Assembly: GCA_046732275.1 (NCBI GenBank)
Contig: JBKPMS010000006.1
Coordinates: 1 to 58,365, forward strand
Reading direction: 5' to 3'
DNA from: Actinomycetota bacterium
GTDB lineage: Bacteria > Actinomycetota > Thermoleophilia > Gaiellales > Gaiellaceae
DNA length: 58,365 nt
Part shown: positions 45,224 to 57,092 of the stretch, piece by piece
Numbering within the stretch: the first letter of the stretch is position 1
How the letters are laid out: each line of letters opens with the position of its first letter
Translations under genes and position numbers: made by a program
The notes under the pieces: model-generated
Told to the model about the DNA's origin: nothing
What the model saw: only the letters and a program-made list of their open reading frames with translations
Databases searched by the model: none

Positions 45224-46383
45224 CTCGCTGCTGCGACGAACGCGCGCACCTTGTCATGGTCCTTGATGCCCGGCTCGGTCTCGAGCCTGGATGCTGCGTC
45301 GACCGCCCAGGGATGCACGGCGCGGATCGCGTCGCGGACATTGTCCGGGCCGAGACGTCCCGCGAGCATCACGCGTCCGGTCGCTGCCGCGGCGCGCTGG
45401 AGGTGCACCGGGTCCTGTTCCTGCCACGGCAGGTCGACGACCTGCGCGACCGCCTCTCCGTCACGCAGGAGGACGGCGTCACGGCCACGCACGCGTCCTT
45501 CTTCGCGTCCGTACACCTGAACGAGATCCGAGCCCGCGTCGTCCGCCTCGCCGACGAAGACGGCGACGCTCAGTCGATCGTCCGGCACGGGCAACACTCC
45601 CGCGGCGCGGCGAGGGCTCTCGTCGGCGAGGATGAACCCGAGCATGTCGGCGCCCGCATCGACCGCGGCGTCGACGTCCTCGACGCGCGTCAGCCCGCAG
45701 ACCTTGACGAGCGGCCGCGAAAGGATCTCCTCGAGCTTCGCCGTCGGATCGTCGGCCTGCATCAGGGCCGAGCCGACGAGGATCGCGTCGGCACCCGCGG
45801 CTTCCGCTGCCGCGCCCTGGGCGCGCGAGTGAATGCCGCTCTCCGCGATGACGACTCCGCCGTGTTCTCGGCAGCGGGCGACGAGGTCGAGCTGCCGGGC
45901 GCGGTTGATCTCGAAGGTGGACAGGTCGCGCGCGTTCACGCCGATGACCTCGGCGCCGAGCGCGGCTGCGCGCTGCAGCTCCACGGCGTCGTGGGCCTCG
46001 ACGAGGAGCTCGAGGCCGACGCCTTGCGCATGCGACATCAGCGCCGCCGCCCGCGCGTTCTCGACGTCTCGCAGCAAGAGCAGCGCGGCGTCGGCGCCCG
46101 CTGCCCTGAGCTCGGCGAGCACCGACTCCTCTCTGAAGAAGCCCTTTGCGAGCAGCGGCGCACTCGTGGCGGCGCGCGCGGCCCGCAGGTCGTCGATCGA
46201 CCCGCCGAAGCGCTCGTCGACGAGGATCGAGATCGCGGCCGCGCCGGCGCCCGCAAAGCCGGCCGCCAGGCGTGCGGGGTCTGCGTCGGGGCGGAGGTCG
46301 CCCGCGGAAGGTGAGCGCCGCTTGACCTCCGCGATTGCGCCGAGGCCGGGTGCGGCAAGCGCGTCGCGGAACCGTCCCATCAC
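45220..46383 (-). CDS. trpC: Bifunctional indole-3-glycerol-phosphate synthase / phosphoribosylanthranilate isomerase (TrpC-TrpF fusion)
   Basis: 387 aa. The N-terminal half is [15 protein letters not shown]...GVNARDL (TrpC). The C-terminal half is [28 protein letters not shown] (TrpF). Confidence 0.85.
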   Translation of the reverse strand: MMGRFRDALAAPGLGAIAEVKRRSPSAGDLRPDADPARLAAGFAGAGAAAISILVDERFGGSIDDLRAARAATSAPLLAKGFFREESVLAELRAAGADAALLLLRDVENARAAALMSHAQGVGLELLVEAHDAVELQRAAALGAEVIGVNARDLSTFEINRARQLDLVARCREHGGVVIAESGIHSRAQGAAAEAAGADAILVGSALMQADDPTAKLEEILSRPLVKVCGLTRVEDVDAAVDAGADMLGFILADESPRRAAGVLPVPDDRLSVAVFVGEADDAGSDLVQVYGREEGRVRGRDAVLLRDGEAVAQVVDLPWQEQDPVHLQRAAAATGRVMLAGRLGPDNVRDAIRAVHPWAVDAASRLETEPGIKDHDKVRAFVAAAR

Positions 46384-47401
46384 GCGCTCACAGTCTCTCG
46401 GGTGAACGCCACCAGCAGGTCGAGCCGCTCCGATGCGGCGCCCGAATCGACGGCGTCGCGCGCGAGCTCCAGTCCTTCCCGGAGATCGTCTGCCTGCCCG
46501 GCGGCGGCGATCGCCCCTGCTGCGTTGAGCAGGACGGCGCTCCGCCGTGCTCCGTCGGCGCCGGCGAAGACGTCGCGGATCGCCCGTGCGTTCTCGTCGG
46601 GAGATCCGCCGCGAAGCTCGTCCACGCTGCAGCGCGGCAGCCCGAGCTCGAGCTCCGGATCGAGCGTGCGCTCGTGAACATCACCGTCCACGACCTCGCA
46701 AACGAGGTTCGGGCCGACCGGGGACAGCTCGTCGATCCCGCCTGCGCCGTGCACGACGAAGGCGTGCTTCGCACCCAGCCGCGAGAGCACTTCGGCGATC
46801 GTACGCACGAGCTGCGGCGAGTAGACGCCGACGAGCTGCGCGCGTGCACCCGCGGGGTTCGTGAGCGGTCCCAGCACGTTGAACACCGTGCGGGTCGCGA
46901 GCTCGGTTCGCACCGACGCGGCGTGACGCATGGCGGGATGGTGCGACGGCGCGAACAGGAACCCGAAACCGAGCTCGTCGATCGAGCGGGCGATTCGATC
47001 CGGCTCCTGCTGCAGCGTGAAGCCGAGCGCCTCGAGGACGTCGGCGGATCCGCAGGCCGACGAGACCGCGCGGTTGCCGTGCTTCGCGACTCCGGCGCCT
47101 GCCGCCGCTGCCACGAGGGCGGCTGCGGTGGAGATGTTGATCGTGCGCGCGCCGTCGCCGCCCGTGCCGGCCGTGTCGACGAGGTCGTCGCGCTGCGGGC
47201 GCACGGAGAGGACGTGGCCTCTCATCGCCTCCGCACAGCCCGCGATCTCGTCGGGCGTCTCGCCCTTGGAGCGCAGCGCCACGAGGAACCCGCCGATCTG
47301 TGCAGGTGTTGCCTCTCCGCGCATGATCTCGCCCATCACGTCGCGCGTCTCCTCGCGGCCGAGGTCGTGGCCGTCGAGGATCCGCTGCAGCGCTCGCTGG
47401 A

Positions 47402-47405
<4 letters not shown>
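46380..47405 (-). CDS. trpD: Anthranilate phosphoribosyltransferase
   Basis: 341 aa. VDTAGTGGDG and GNRAVSSACGSADVLEALG motifs are present. Confidence 0.9.
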
Positions 47406-47955
<550 letters not shown>

Positions 47956-47959
<4 letters not shown>

Positions 47960-49191
47960 CGCTGTTCCGATTCGGCGAGGTCGATCGCCGCCTCGACGCC
48001 CGCGAGCTTGCGTAGACACTCCTCGTGCTCGGCGGCGGGGTCGGAGTCGGCAACGATCCCGGCTCCGGCCTGCAGGTGGGCGGTGCCGTCGCGGAGGAGG
48101 ATCGTCCGGATCGCGATACACGTGTCGAGTACGCCCTCGTCTGGAAGCGCATAGCCGACGGCGCCTGCGTACGGGCCGCGCCGCCTGCCCTCGAGCTCGG
48201 AGATCAGCTGCATCGCGCGAACCTTCGGAGCCCCCGAGACGGTTCCGGCTGGGAAGCACGCGCGCAGCAGATCGAACGGAGAGACACCCTCTCGCAAATC
48301 TCCGCCGACCTGGGAGACGAGGTGCGTGACGTGCGAGTACCGCTCGACCTCGAGGAACTTCTCGACGGTCACGCTGCCCGCGACGCACACGCGGGAGAGA
48401 TCGTTGCGGCCGAGGTCGACGAGCATGATGTGCTCCGCGCGGTCCTTGTCGGACGCAAGCAAGCGTTCCGCGTCGCCGTCGCCCCGCTCGGTCGTGCCGG
48501 CGATGGGATTGACGCCTGCCCGGCCGCCTTCGCACTTGACGAGCGTCTCCGGCGACGAGCCGATCAGGGCGACGCCGTCCAGCTCCAGCAGGAAGAGGTA
48601 CGGCGACGGATTCACGCGGCGAAGCGTGCGGTAGAGCTCGAGTGCGGATGCCGATGTCGGCCGCTCCGCTCGCTGCGACAGGACGATCTGAAACGCGTCG
48701 CCGGCGCGGATGTGCTCCTTCGCCGCCACGACGCACGCCTCGAAGTCGTCGCGCCGCGGAGAGCGCCGTGCGAAGCCGCGCCGCCCGTTGCCGTGCGGAA
48801 GCCGCGGAACCGGCCTCGCGAGCAGTGCTGCGACTTCCTCGGGGTCGCCGCGGATCACCTCCGTAGTCCCGAGGACATGGTCGAACCGGATCAGCACGTC
48901 CGCGACGAGAAAGCGGCTCTCCGGCAGGCCCGTCTTCTGCGCCGGAAGTGGGACCGTCGGTTCGAGCCTGGCTGCGTAGTCGTACGCGACGTAGCCGACG
49001 ACGGGCTCGCCACACGCCTCCGCCTCGGCGAGATAGCAGAGGTGGGAGCCGCAGCCGACGAGCGAGTGGCGGCCGAGGCGGCCGCGCTCGACGGATTCGA
49101 GCAGGAAGGCTGCGCGGCCCTCGCGGCGGAGCCGCAGGTAGGCACCGAGCGGTGTGACGAGATCGGTCGCTATGTCTGGTGCGATCGTCAT
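47956..49191 (-). CDS. trpE: Anthranilate synthase component I
   Basis: The ATG at 49191 (M9 of the track ORF) is preceded by GGAGGA with 6-nt spacing. FLLESVE is the feedback motif, and the chorismate-binding core is GAGIVADSDP. Confidence 0.9.
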
Positions 49192-49220
49192 CGAGATCCT
49201 CCGTTCCGTGGACAAGACGC

Positions 49221-49246
49221 AAAAAGACCTTCCGGGCGGAAGGTCT
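49221..49246 (-). terminator. Intrinsic terminator inside the trp leader (attenuator)
   Basis: The minus strand reads AGACCTTCC-gccc-GGAAGGTCT followed by TTTTG. It has a perfect 9-bp stem and ends 29 nt upstream of the trpE ATG. Confidence 0.65.
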
Positions 49247-49278
49247 GAGAGAGCGGAACGGGCTGTCTCTGGCCTAGG

Positions 49279-49344
49279 TCAATGCAGGCGCAGGCTCCCG
49301 CTCCGCTCGCAAGGCCAGGCCCAGGTTCGGAGCACGGGAGTCAT
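49279..49344 (-). CDS. trpL: Candidate trp leader peptide (21 aa, MTPVLRTWAWPCERSGSLRLH)
   Basis: My minus-strand translation is ATG ACT CCC GTG CTC CGA ACC TGG GCC TGG CCT TGC ... CAT TGA. There are two Trp codons in 3 positions. The stop is 32 nt upstream of the terminator stem. It is too short for the ORF track. Confidence 0.55.
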   Translation of the reverse strand: MTPVLRTWAWPCERSGSLRLH

Positions 49345-49352
49345 CGCAATTC

Positions 49353-49381
49353 AGAGTAAGCACACGTGCCGCGGCGGTCAA
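49353..49381 (-). promoter_or_regulatory. Candidate sigma-70-type promoter of the trp operon (TTGACC-N17-TACTCT)
   Basis: The -35 element TTGACC (49381-49376) contains the stop codon of the upstream gene. The spacer is 17 nt. The -10 element is TACTCT (49358-49353). The leader-peptide ATG begins 8 nt after the -10, which implies a leaderless or near-leaderless transcript. Confidence 0.45.
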
Positions 49382-50028
49382 GCACGCGGCCGCTTGTAGT
49401 TCCCCGCGTACGCCGGTACCGGCTCGGCGACTCCCTCGTCGGCAACCGGCGGCTGTGGCGCGAGCTCGAGGGGGACGACCCCGGCCCAGACAGGAAAAGA
49501 CAGGTCGTCCTCGTCGTCCGTCGGCGGGCCGGTGCGCAGCTTCGCCGACGCCTCGTCGAGCCCCAACGCGAGGATCGTCGTCCCCTTGATCTCGCCGTCA
49601 CTCGGCTGCCTGGCCTCTGCCCAGCGTCCGGGCACGACGTGCTCGACGACGCGTTCCATCGCGCGCAGCTTCTCCTCGCGATCCGTGACCTCGCGTGCAC
49701 GGCCGAGCACCACGGCGGAGCGGTAGTTCATCGAGTGGTTGTAGACAGATCGCGCGAGGACGAGCCCATCGAGGAGCGTGACCGTCACGCAGACGTCGAT
49801 GCCGCCCTTCAGCTTGCGGAGCATCCGGCTGCCGGGCGAGCCGTGGACGTAGAGGACGTCGCCGTCGCGGGCGTGGATCGTCGGGATCACGAACGGCTGC
49901 CCGTCGATGACGAAGCCGACATGACAGATCAGCGCCTCGTCGAGGATCGCGTGGATCGTCGCGCGCTCGTAGTCGCCTCGCTCGGGGTGGCGGCGGACCT
50001 TTGTTCGCGCGGTCGGCGGAGCATCCAT
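49378..50028 (-). CDS. Pyridoxamine-5'-phosphate-oxidase-like FMN-binding split-barrel protein
   Basis: From the ATG at 50028. RRHPERGDYERATIHAILDEALICHVGFVIDGQPFVIPTIHARDGDVLYVHGS is typical of the Pyridox_ox_2 family. Confidence 0.8.
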   Translation of the reverse strand: MDAPPTARTKVRRHPERGDYERATIHAILDEALICHVGFVIDGQPFVIPTIHARDGDVLYVHGSPGSRMLRKLKGGIDVCVTVTLLDGLVLARSVYNHSMNYRSAVVLGRAREVTDREEKLRAMERVVEHVVPGRWAEARQPSDGEIKGTTILALGLDEASAKLRTGPPTDDEDDLSFPVWAGVVPLELAPQPPVADEGVAEPVPAYAGNYKRPRA

Positions 50029-50090
50029 GGCACAAGCGTATTGGTCGCGGCCGCCATCGTCGGCCGCGGTCCAGCCGCTACGCTCGCTGC

Positions 50091-51242
<1,152 letters not shown>

Positions 51243-51266
51243 CCCCGCAGCCTTAGGGTTTCGCGC

Positions 51267-52103
51267 GTGAACTTCGAGCATGTGCTCGTTGTCGGCGCGG
51301 GCCAGATGGGCGGCGGGATCGCGCAGGTCGTAGCGGCCTCCGGCCGCCGGGTGTCGTTGCACGACGCGCAGCCGGGCGCCACAGACAAGGCGCGCGGGGT
51401 GATGGCCAAGAGCCTGGCGAAGCTCGCCGAGAAGGGCGGCGCCGCGCCCGACGAGGTCCTCGCACGCGTCTCACCGGTCCACGATCTCGTCGCCGCCGAC
51501 CTGATGATCGAGGCGGTAATCGAGGATGCCGCAGTCAAGGACGACATCTTCCGCCGGGCGGACGAGAGGCTGCCGGAGGGCGCCGTCCTCGCGTCGAACA
51601 CCTCGTCGATCCCGATCGGCTCGCTCGCCTCGGCGACGTCGCGCCCGGACAAGGTGATCGGGATGCACTTCTTCAATCCCGTGCCGGTGCTGAAGCTCGT
51701 CGAGATCATCCGCGGACGCGAGACATCAGACGAGACGGCGACGGCGATCACGGAGCTCGCGCGCGAGCTCGGCAAAGTGCCGGCGGTCGCGAACGACTTT
51801 CCCGGCTTCGTCTCGAACAGGATCCTCATGCCGTTCATCAACGAGGCGGTCTGGGCTCTGCACGACGGCGTCGCCGAGGCCGAGGCGATCGACACGATCG
51901 CGAAGCTCGGGTTCGCCCATCCGCTCGGGCCGCTGGCCCTCGCCGACCTGATCGGGCTCGACACGTGCGTGGCGATCATGGAAGTGCTCCGCAATGGACT
52001 TGGGGACGACAAGTACGAGCCCTGTCCCCTGCTACGGGAGCATGTGGCGGCCGGTCGGCTGGGCCGAAAGTCCGGCGCCGGCTTCTACGACTACGCGTCG
52101 TGA
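51267..52103 (+). CDS. 3-hydroxybutyryl-CoA dehydrogenase
   Basis: 278 aa. VLVVGAGQMGGGIAQV is the Rossmann motif, with a typical Hbd/3-hydroxyacyl-CoA-dehydrogenase body. Confidence 0.9.
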   Translation: MNFEHVLVVGAGQMGGGIAQVVAASGRRVSLHDAQPGATDKARGVMAKSLAKLAEKGGAAPDEVLARVSPVHDLVAADLMIEAVIEDAAVKDDIFRRADERLPEGAVLASNTSSIPIGSLASATSRPDKVIGMHFFNPVPVLKLVEIIRGRETSDETATAITELARELGKVPAVANDFPGFVSNRILMPFINEAVWALHDGVAEAEAIDTIAKLGFAHPLGPLALADLIGLDTCVAIMEVLRNGLGDDKYEPCPLLREHVAAGRLGRKSGAGFYDYAS

Positions 52104-52143
52104 GCACGGGTACGCCCGCCCGGAAGCGCTAGCGTTTCGCACA

Positions 52144-53307
52144 GTGGACTTCGAGCTCACGCAGGATCAGCGCGAGATCCAGGCGCTGACGCGGGACTTT
52201 GCCGGCGCGGAGATCGATCCACACGCTGCGCAGTGGGATCGTGACCACCACTTTCCACGCGACCTCTTCGCGAAGCTCGCCGAGCTCGGGCTCATGGGCG
52301 TGTGCGTGCCGGAGGAATACGGCGGCTCGGGCGCCGACTTCCTGTCGTACATCCTCGTTCTCGAGGAGCTCTCGCGGGCCGACGCGGGAGTGGGGGTCAC
52401 GCTCGCCGTGCATACGAGCGCCACGACGCTGCCGATCCTCACTTTCGGCACAGACGAGCAGAAGGCGCGCTTCGTGCCGCCGCTCGCGCGCGGGGAGCAC
52501 CTCGGCGCGTTCGCCCTCACAGAGGCGGAGGCCGGGTCGGATGCCGGCGCCCTGCGGACGAGAGCCGAGCCGAACGGGGACGGCTGGACGATCACCGGCG
52601 CGAAACAGTGGATCACGAACGGGAGACACGCGGGCACCTTCCTCCTGTTTGCGCGCACCGACACCGAGGCCGCCGGTGCGCGTGGTGTCAGTGCATTCGT
52701 GCTCGACGGCGAGCACGTCCGGGTCACGCGCGACGAGGAGAAGCTCGGCCTGAACTCGTCCGTCACGAACGACATCGTCGTGGACGGCGCCGTCGTCGGG
52801 CGTGACCGCCTGCTGCACGAGGAGAACCGCGGCTTTCGCGTCGCGATGGTGACGCTCGACGGCGGCCGCATCGGCATAGCCGCGCAGGCGCTCGGGATCG
52901 CGCAGGCCGCCTACGACGTCGCGCGCGAGTACGCGGCGGAGCGCCGGGCGTTCGGCCATCGCATCGCAGACTTCCAGGCGATCCAGCACAAGCTCGCGAA
53001 CATGTCGATGGAGATCGACGCCGCCCGGCTCCTGGTGTACCGCGCCGCCTGGCTGAAGGAGGAGGGCAGGGCGCACACGGAGGAGGGTGCGAAGGCCAAG
53101 CTGTTCGCATCGGAGATGGCACGGCGCCAGACGGCCGAGGCAATCCAGGTGCTCGGCGGTTACGGCTATACGAAGGAGTTCCCGGTCGAGCGCTACTACC
53201 GCGACGCCAAGATCACGGAGATCTACGAAGGCACAAGCGAGATCCAGCGCCTCGTGATCGCGCGATCGATCCTGGGCGTGACCGAGCGCTCGCTGGCGGT
53301 CGGCTGA
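52144..53307 (+). CDS. Short/medium-chain acyl-CoA dehydrogenase (butyryl-CoA dehydrogenase-like)
   Basis: A GTG at 52144 gives VDFELTQDQREIQALTRDFA... The C-terminal ITEIYEGTSEIQRLVIAR contains the catalytic Glu motif. Confidence 0.9.
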   Translation: MDFELTQDQREIQALTRDFAGAEIDPHAAQWDRDHHFPRDLFAKLAELGLMGVCVPEEYGGSGADFLSYILVLEELSRADAGVGVTLAVHTSATTLPILTFGTDEQKARFVPPLARGEHLGAFALTEAEAGSDAGALRTRAEPNGDGWTITGAKQWITNGRHAGTFLLFARTDTEAAGARGVSAFVLDGEHVRVTRDEEKLGLNSSVTNDIVVDGAVVGRDRLLHEENRGFRVAMVTLDGGRIGIAAQALGIAQAAYDVAREYAAERRAFGHRIADFQAIQHKLANMSMEIDAARLLVYRAAWLKEEGRAHTEEGAKAKLFASEMARRQTAEAIQVLGGYGYTKEFPVERYYRDAKITEIYEGTSEIQRLVIARSILGVTERSLAVG

Positions 53308-53443
53308 CGATGTCTTTCAGGTACACGCGCGCGTGTAACCCCCACCCTGGGAGGGGATCGAGCCCGCCGCCCTCGTGGTCGACGGTACCGTCCTTCAGCG
53401 CACCCATGTGGATCGATTTCGCACCGAATCTCCGGAGCGCGGC

Positions 53444-54031
53444 GTGAGCGCTCGCCGGCGAGACGAGCCGGTTCGGCTGACGCGCATTTACACGCGCGCG
53501 GGCGACCGCGGCGAGACGTCGCTCGGAGACGGTTCGCGTGTGCCGAAGCTCGACTGCCGGATCGGAGCGTTCGGCGCTGTCGACGAGCTCAATGCGGCGA
53601 TCGGCGTCGTCCTCGCAGGCGCGGACCTTTCGGAGCGGCTCCGTGGCCCGCTCGAGCGGGTGCAGAATGACCTGTTCGACGTTGGCGCCGACCTCTCCGT
53701 TCCCTACGGCGTCACCGATCGGCTGCGCGTGGAGCCGGCTCACGTCGAACGCCTCGAAGCGCTCTGCGACGAATTCAATGCGGAGCTGCCGATGCTGAAG
53801 AGCTTCGTGCTGCCGGGCGGGACGGAGGCAGCGGCGCGGCTTCACGTCGCGCGCACGATTTGCCGCCGAACGGAGCGCGAAGCGCTCGTCGCCGACGGCG
53901 AGAACGGGATCAACCCGCTCGTGCTCTCCTATCTCAACCGCCTCTCCGACTTCCTCTTCATTGCAGCGCGCGCCGCAAACGCCGCCGCGCGGCGCGACGA
54001 ACCGCTCTGGCGGCCCGGGGGCGGCGCGTAG
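53444..54031 (+). CDS. PduO-type ATP:cob(I)alamin adenosyltransferase
   Basis: RIYTRAGDRGETSLGDGSRVPKLDCRIGAFGAVDELNAAIG is the family signature. The start is uncertain (GTG at 53444; the track ORF begins at 53375). Confidence 0.8.
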   Translation: MSARRRDEPVRLTRIYTRAGDRGETSLGDGSRVPKLDCRIGAFGAVDELNAAIGVVLAGADLSERLRGPLERVQNDLFDVGADLSVPYGVTDRLRVEPAHVERLEALCDEFNAELPMLKSFVLPGGTEAAARLHVARTICRRTEREALVADGENGINPLVLSYLNRLSDFLFIAARAANAAARRDEPLWRPGGGA

Positions 54032-54063
54032 CACCGTCTACGCGGCCGTAGAATCGGGCAAGC

Positions 54064-55776
<1,713 letters not shown>

Positions 55777-55777
55777 C

Positions 55778-55801
55778 CGGGGGAACATCCCGGTTCCCCC
55801 G
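55778..55801 (+). terminator. Hairpin immediately after the mutase stop
   Basis: CGGGGGAAC-atcccg-GTTCCCCCG has a perfect 9-bp stem and starts 2 nt after the TAA. Confidence 0.5.
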
Positions 55802-55833
55802 AACCCCCTCCACTGGTCCGCTACCGCGGACAG

Positions 55834-55877
55834 GCGCTACGCGCCGGGGCGTGTGGCGCGAGACGCCTGTTTTCTGA
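55834..55877 (+). pseudogene. Relic copy of the last roughly 10 codons plus stop of an acyl-CoA mutase gene
   Basis: 55846-55877 matches 55745-55776 at 28 of 32 nt. All 4 differences are synonymous third-position changes (gta/gtg, ccc/cct, gtc/gtt, taa/tga), so both encode GVWRETPVF*. It has no start codon and is in a different frame from the live gene. Confidence 0.6.
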
Positions 55878-55898
55878 GACTCGCTTCGCCGACAGGCG

Positions 55899-56933
55899 CT
55901 AGCGCGCCGGCTCTGCCGTCGACTCACGGACGACGAGGCGGGTCGCTAGCTCGACACGTAGTGCCTCGACGCGCTGCTTGTCGAGCAACCGTACGAGCAG
56001 GCTGACCGCCATCCGTCCCATCTCGGCGAGCGGCTGGCGAACGGTGGTCAGCGCGGGGCTGACGATGGCTGCCTCCTCGGTGTCGTCGAACCCGACGATC
56101 GAAACGTCGTCCGGAACACGCAGGCCGCGCGCCCGCGCCGCGCGCATCGCGCCGATTGCCAGGTTGTCGTTGAAGGCGAAGATCGCCGTCGGAGGATCCG
56201 GTAGCTCGAGCAAGACCGAGCCGGCCTCGTAGCCGCCGGAGATCATCCAGTTGGATGTCATCTCGAGCGCCGGGTCCGGGACCACGGCTGCGGCCGCGAG
56301 GGCTGCGTGGTAGCCGTTCCGCCGCTCCTCGGTCGCCACCCAGCCGGCAGGGCCGGTGATCGCCGCGATGCGGCGATGACCGAGCGACAGGAGGTGCTCG
56401 GTCGCACGCTTCGCACCCGATGCGTGCGCAGCAGTCACCGACGGAATGCCTTCCTCGAGCTGGACGCGCGGGTCGACGACGACGAACGGGAAACGCTGCT
56501 GCTGGAGGAGCGTCAGCTCTTCGCTCGTCTCCTCCGGCAAGAGCAGGATCGCGCCGTCGGTCGTACCGTGCATGAGGCGGTCGAGCAGGGTGACCTCGCG
56601 CTCGTGCTGGTGCAGCGTGGGGCAGAGGATCGCCCGCATGTCCTGTTCGTAGAGCCCTTCGGCCGCGCCGGCAAGGATGAACGAGAAGTACGGCGCATGG
56701 ACGATCGGCAGCGTGACGCCGACGAACCCCGTGCGGCCCGCGGACAGGGCGCGAGCGCTCCGATTCGTCGAGAAGCCGAGCCGGCGAACGACCTCGAGCA
56801 CCGCCTCGCGCGTCTCAGCCGAGACGTCCGGGCGGTCGTTGAGGACGCGTGAGACCGTTGCGATGGAGACACCGGAGAGCCGCGCGATGTCGCGGATCGT
56901 GGTTGGGCGGGGTTCTGCGCGAAGGGTTGCCAT
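55899..56933 (-). CDS. LacI/GalR-family transcriptional regulator
   Basis: From the ATG at 56933. [43 protein letters not shown] is the HTH, followed by a periplasmic-binding-protein-like sugar-binding core. Confidence 0.9.
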   Translation of the reverse strand: MATLRAEPRPTTIRDIARLSGVSIATVSRVLNDRPDVSAETREAVLEVVRRLGFSTNRSARALSAGRTGFVGVTLPIVHAPYFSFILAGAAEGLYEQDMRAILCPTLHQHEREVTLLDRLMHGTTDGAILLLPEETSEELTLLQQQRFPFVVVDPRVQLEEGIPSVTAAHASGAKRATEHLLSLGHRRIAAITGPAGWVATEERRNGYHAALAAAAVVPDPALEMTSNWMISGGYEAGSVLLELPDPPTAIFAFNDNLAIGAMRAARARGLRVPDDVSIVGFDDTEEAAIVSPALTTVRQPLAEMGRMAVSLLVRLLDKQRVEALRVELATRLVVRESTAEPAR

Positions 56934-56935
56934 TC

Positions 56936-56953
56936 TGTTCCGGAACCGTTTAC
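56936..56953. promoter_or_regulatory. Candidate LacI-family operator O1
   Basis: TGTTCCGGAACCGTTTAC contains the 10-bp palindrome GTTCCGGAAC. It lies 2 nt upstream of the lacI-like ATG. It matches the reverse complement of 57019-57037 at 16 of 18 positions. Confidence 0.45.
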
Positions 56954-56997
56954 GGCCCGCAACGAGTGTACCCATGCGGAACTTCTAAGTCAAAGGC

Positions 56998-57037
56998 TTG
57001 ACACGATTTCCGGGAGGTGTTAAACGTTTCCGGAACA
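56998..57037 (+). promoter_or_regulatory. Candidate promoter (TTGACA-N17-TAAACG) overlapped by candidate operator O2
   Basis: A perfect -35 TTGACA lies at 56998-57003. O2 is GTTAAACGTTTCCGGAACA (57019-57037), with a CG-centred AAACGTTT core typical of LacI-family sites. It lies 56 nt upstream of the binding-protein ATG. Confidence 0.45.
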
Positions 57038-57092
57038 ATTTCCGGTCGGCCCTCCGTGGGCCCTGAGTGGGGGCAACGAAAGGGGAAGGGAA

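Noticed and set aside
49191-49381. A T-box, a TRAP-binding (GAG/UAG repeat) leader or a riboswitch upstream of trpE.
   Set aside because: There is no specifier-loop/T-box sequence and no array of 9-11 (G/U)AG triplets. At about 150 nt the leader is too short for a T-box. The Trp-codon leader peptide plus terminator explains the region better.
53308-54063. A cobalamin riboswitch near the adenosyltransferase and mutase genes.
   Set aside because: I looked for a B12-box-like element and the conserved multi-stem core in the 53308-53443 and 54032-54063 spacers and saw none. The spacers are too short and are occupied by a simple palindrome.
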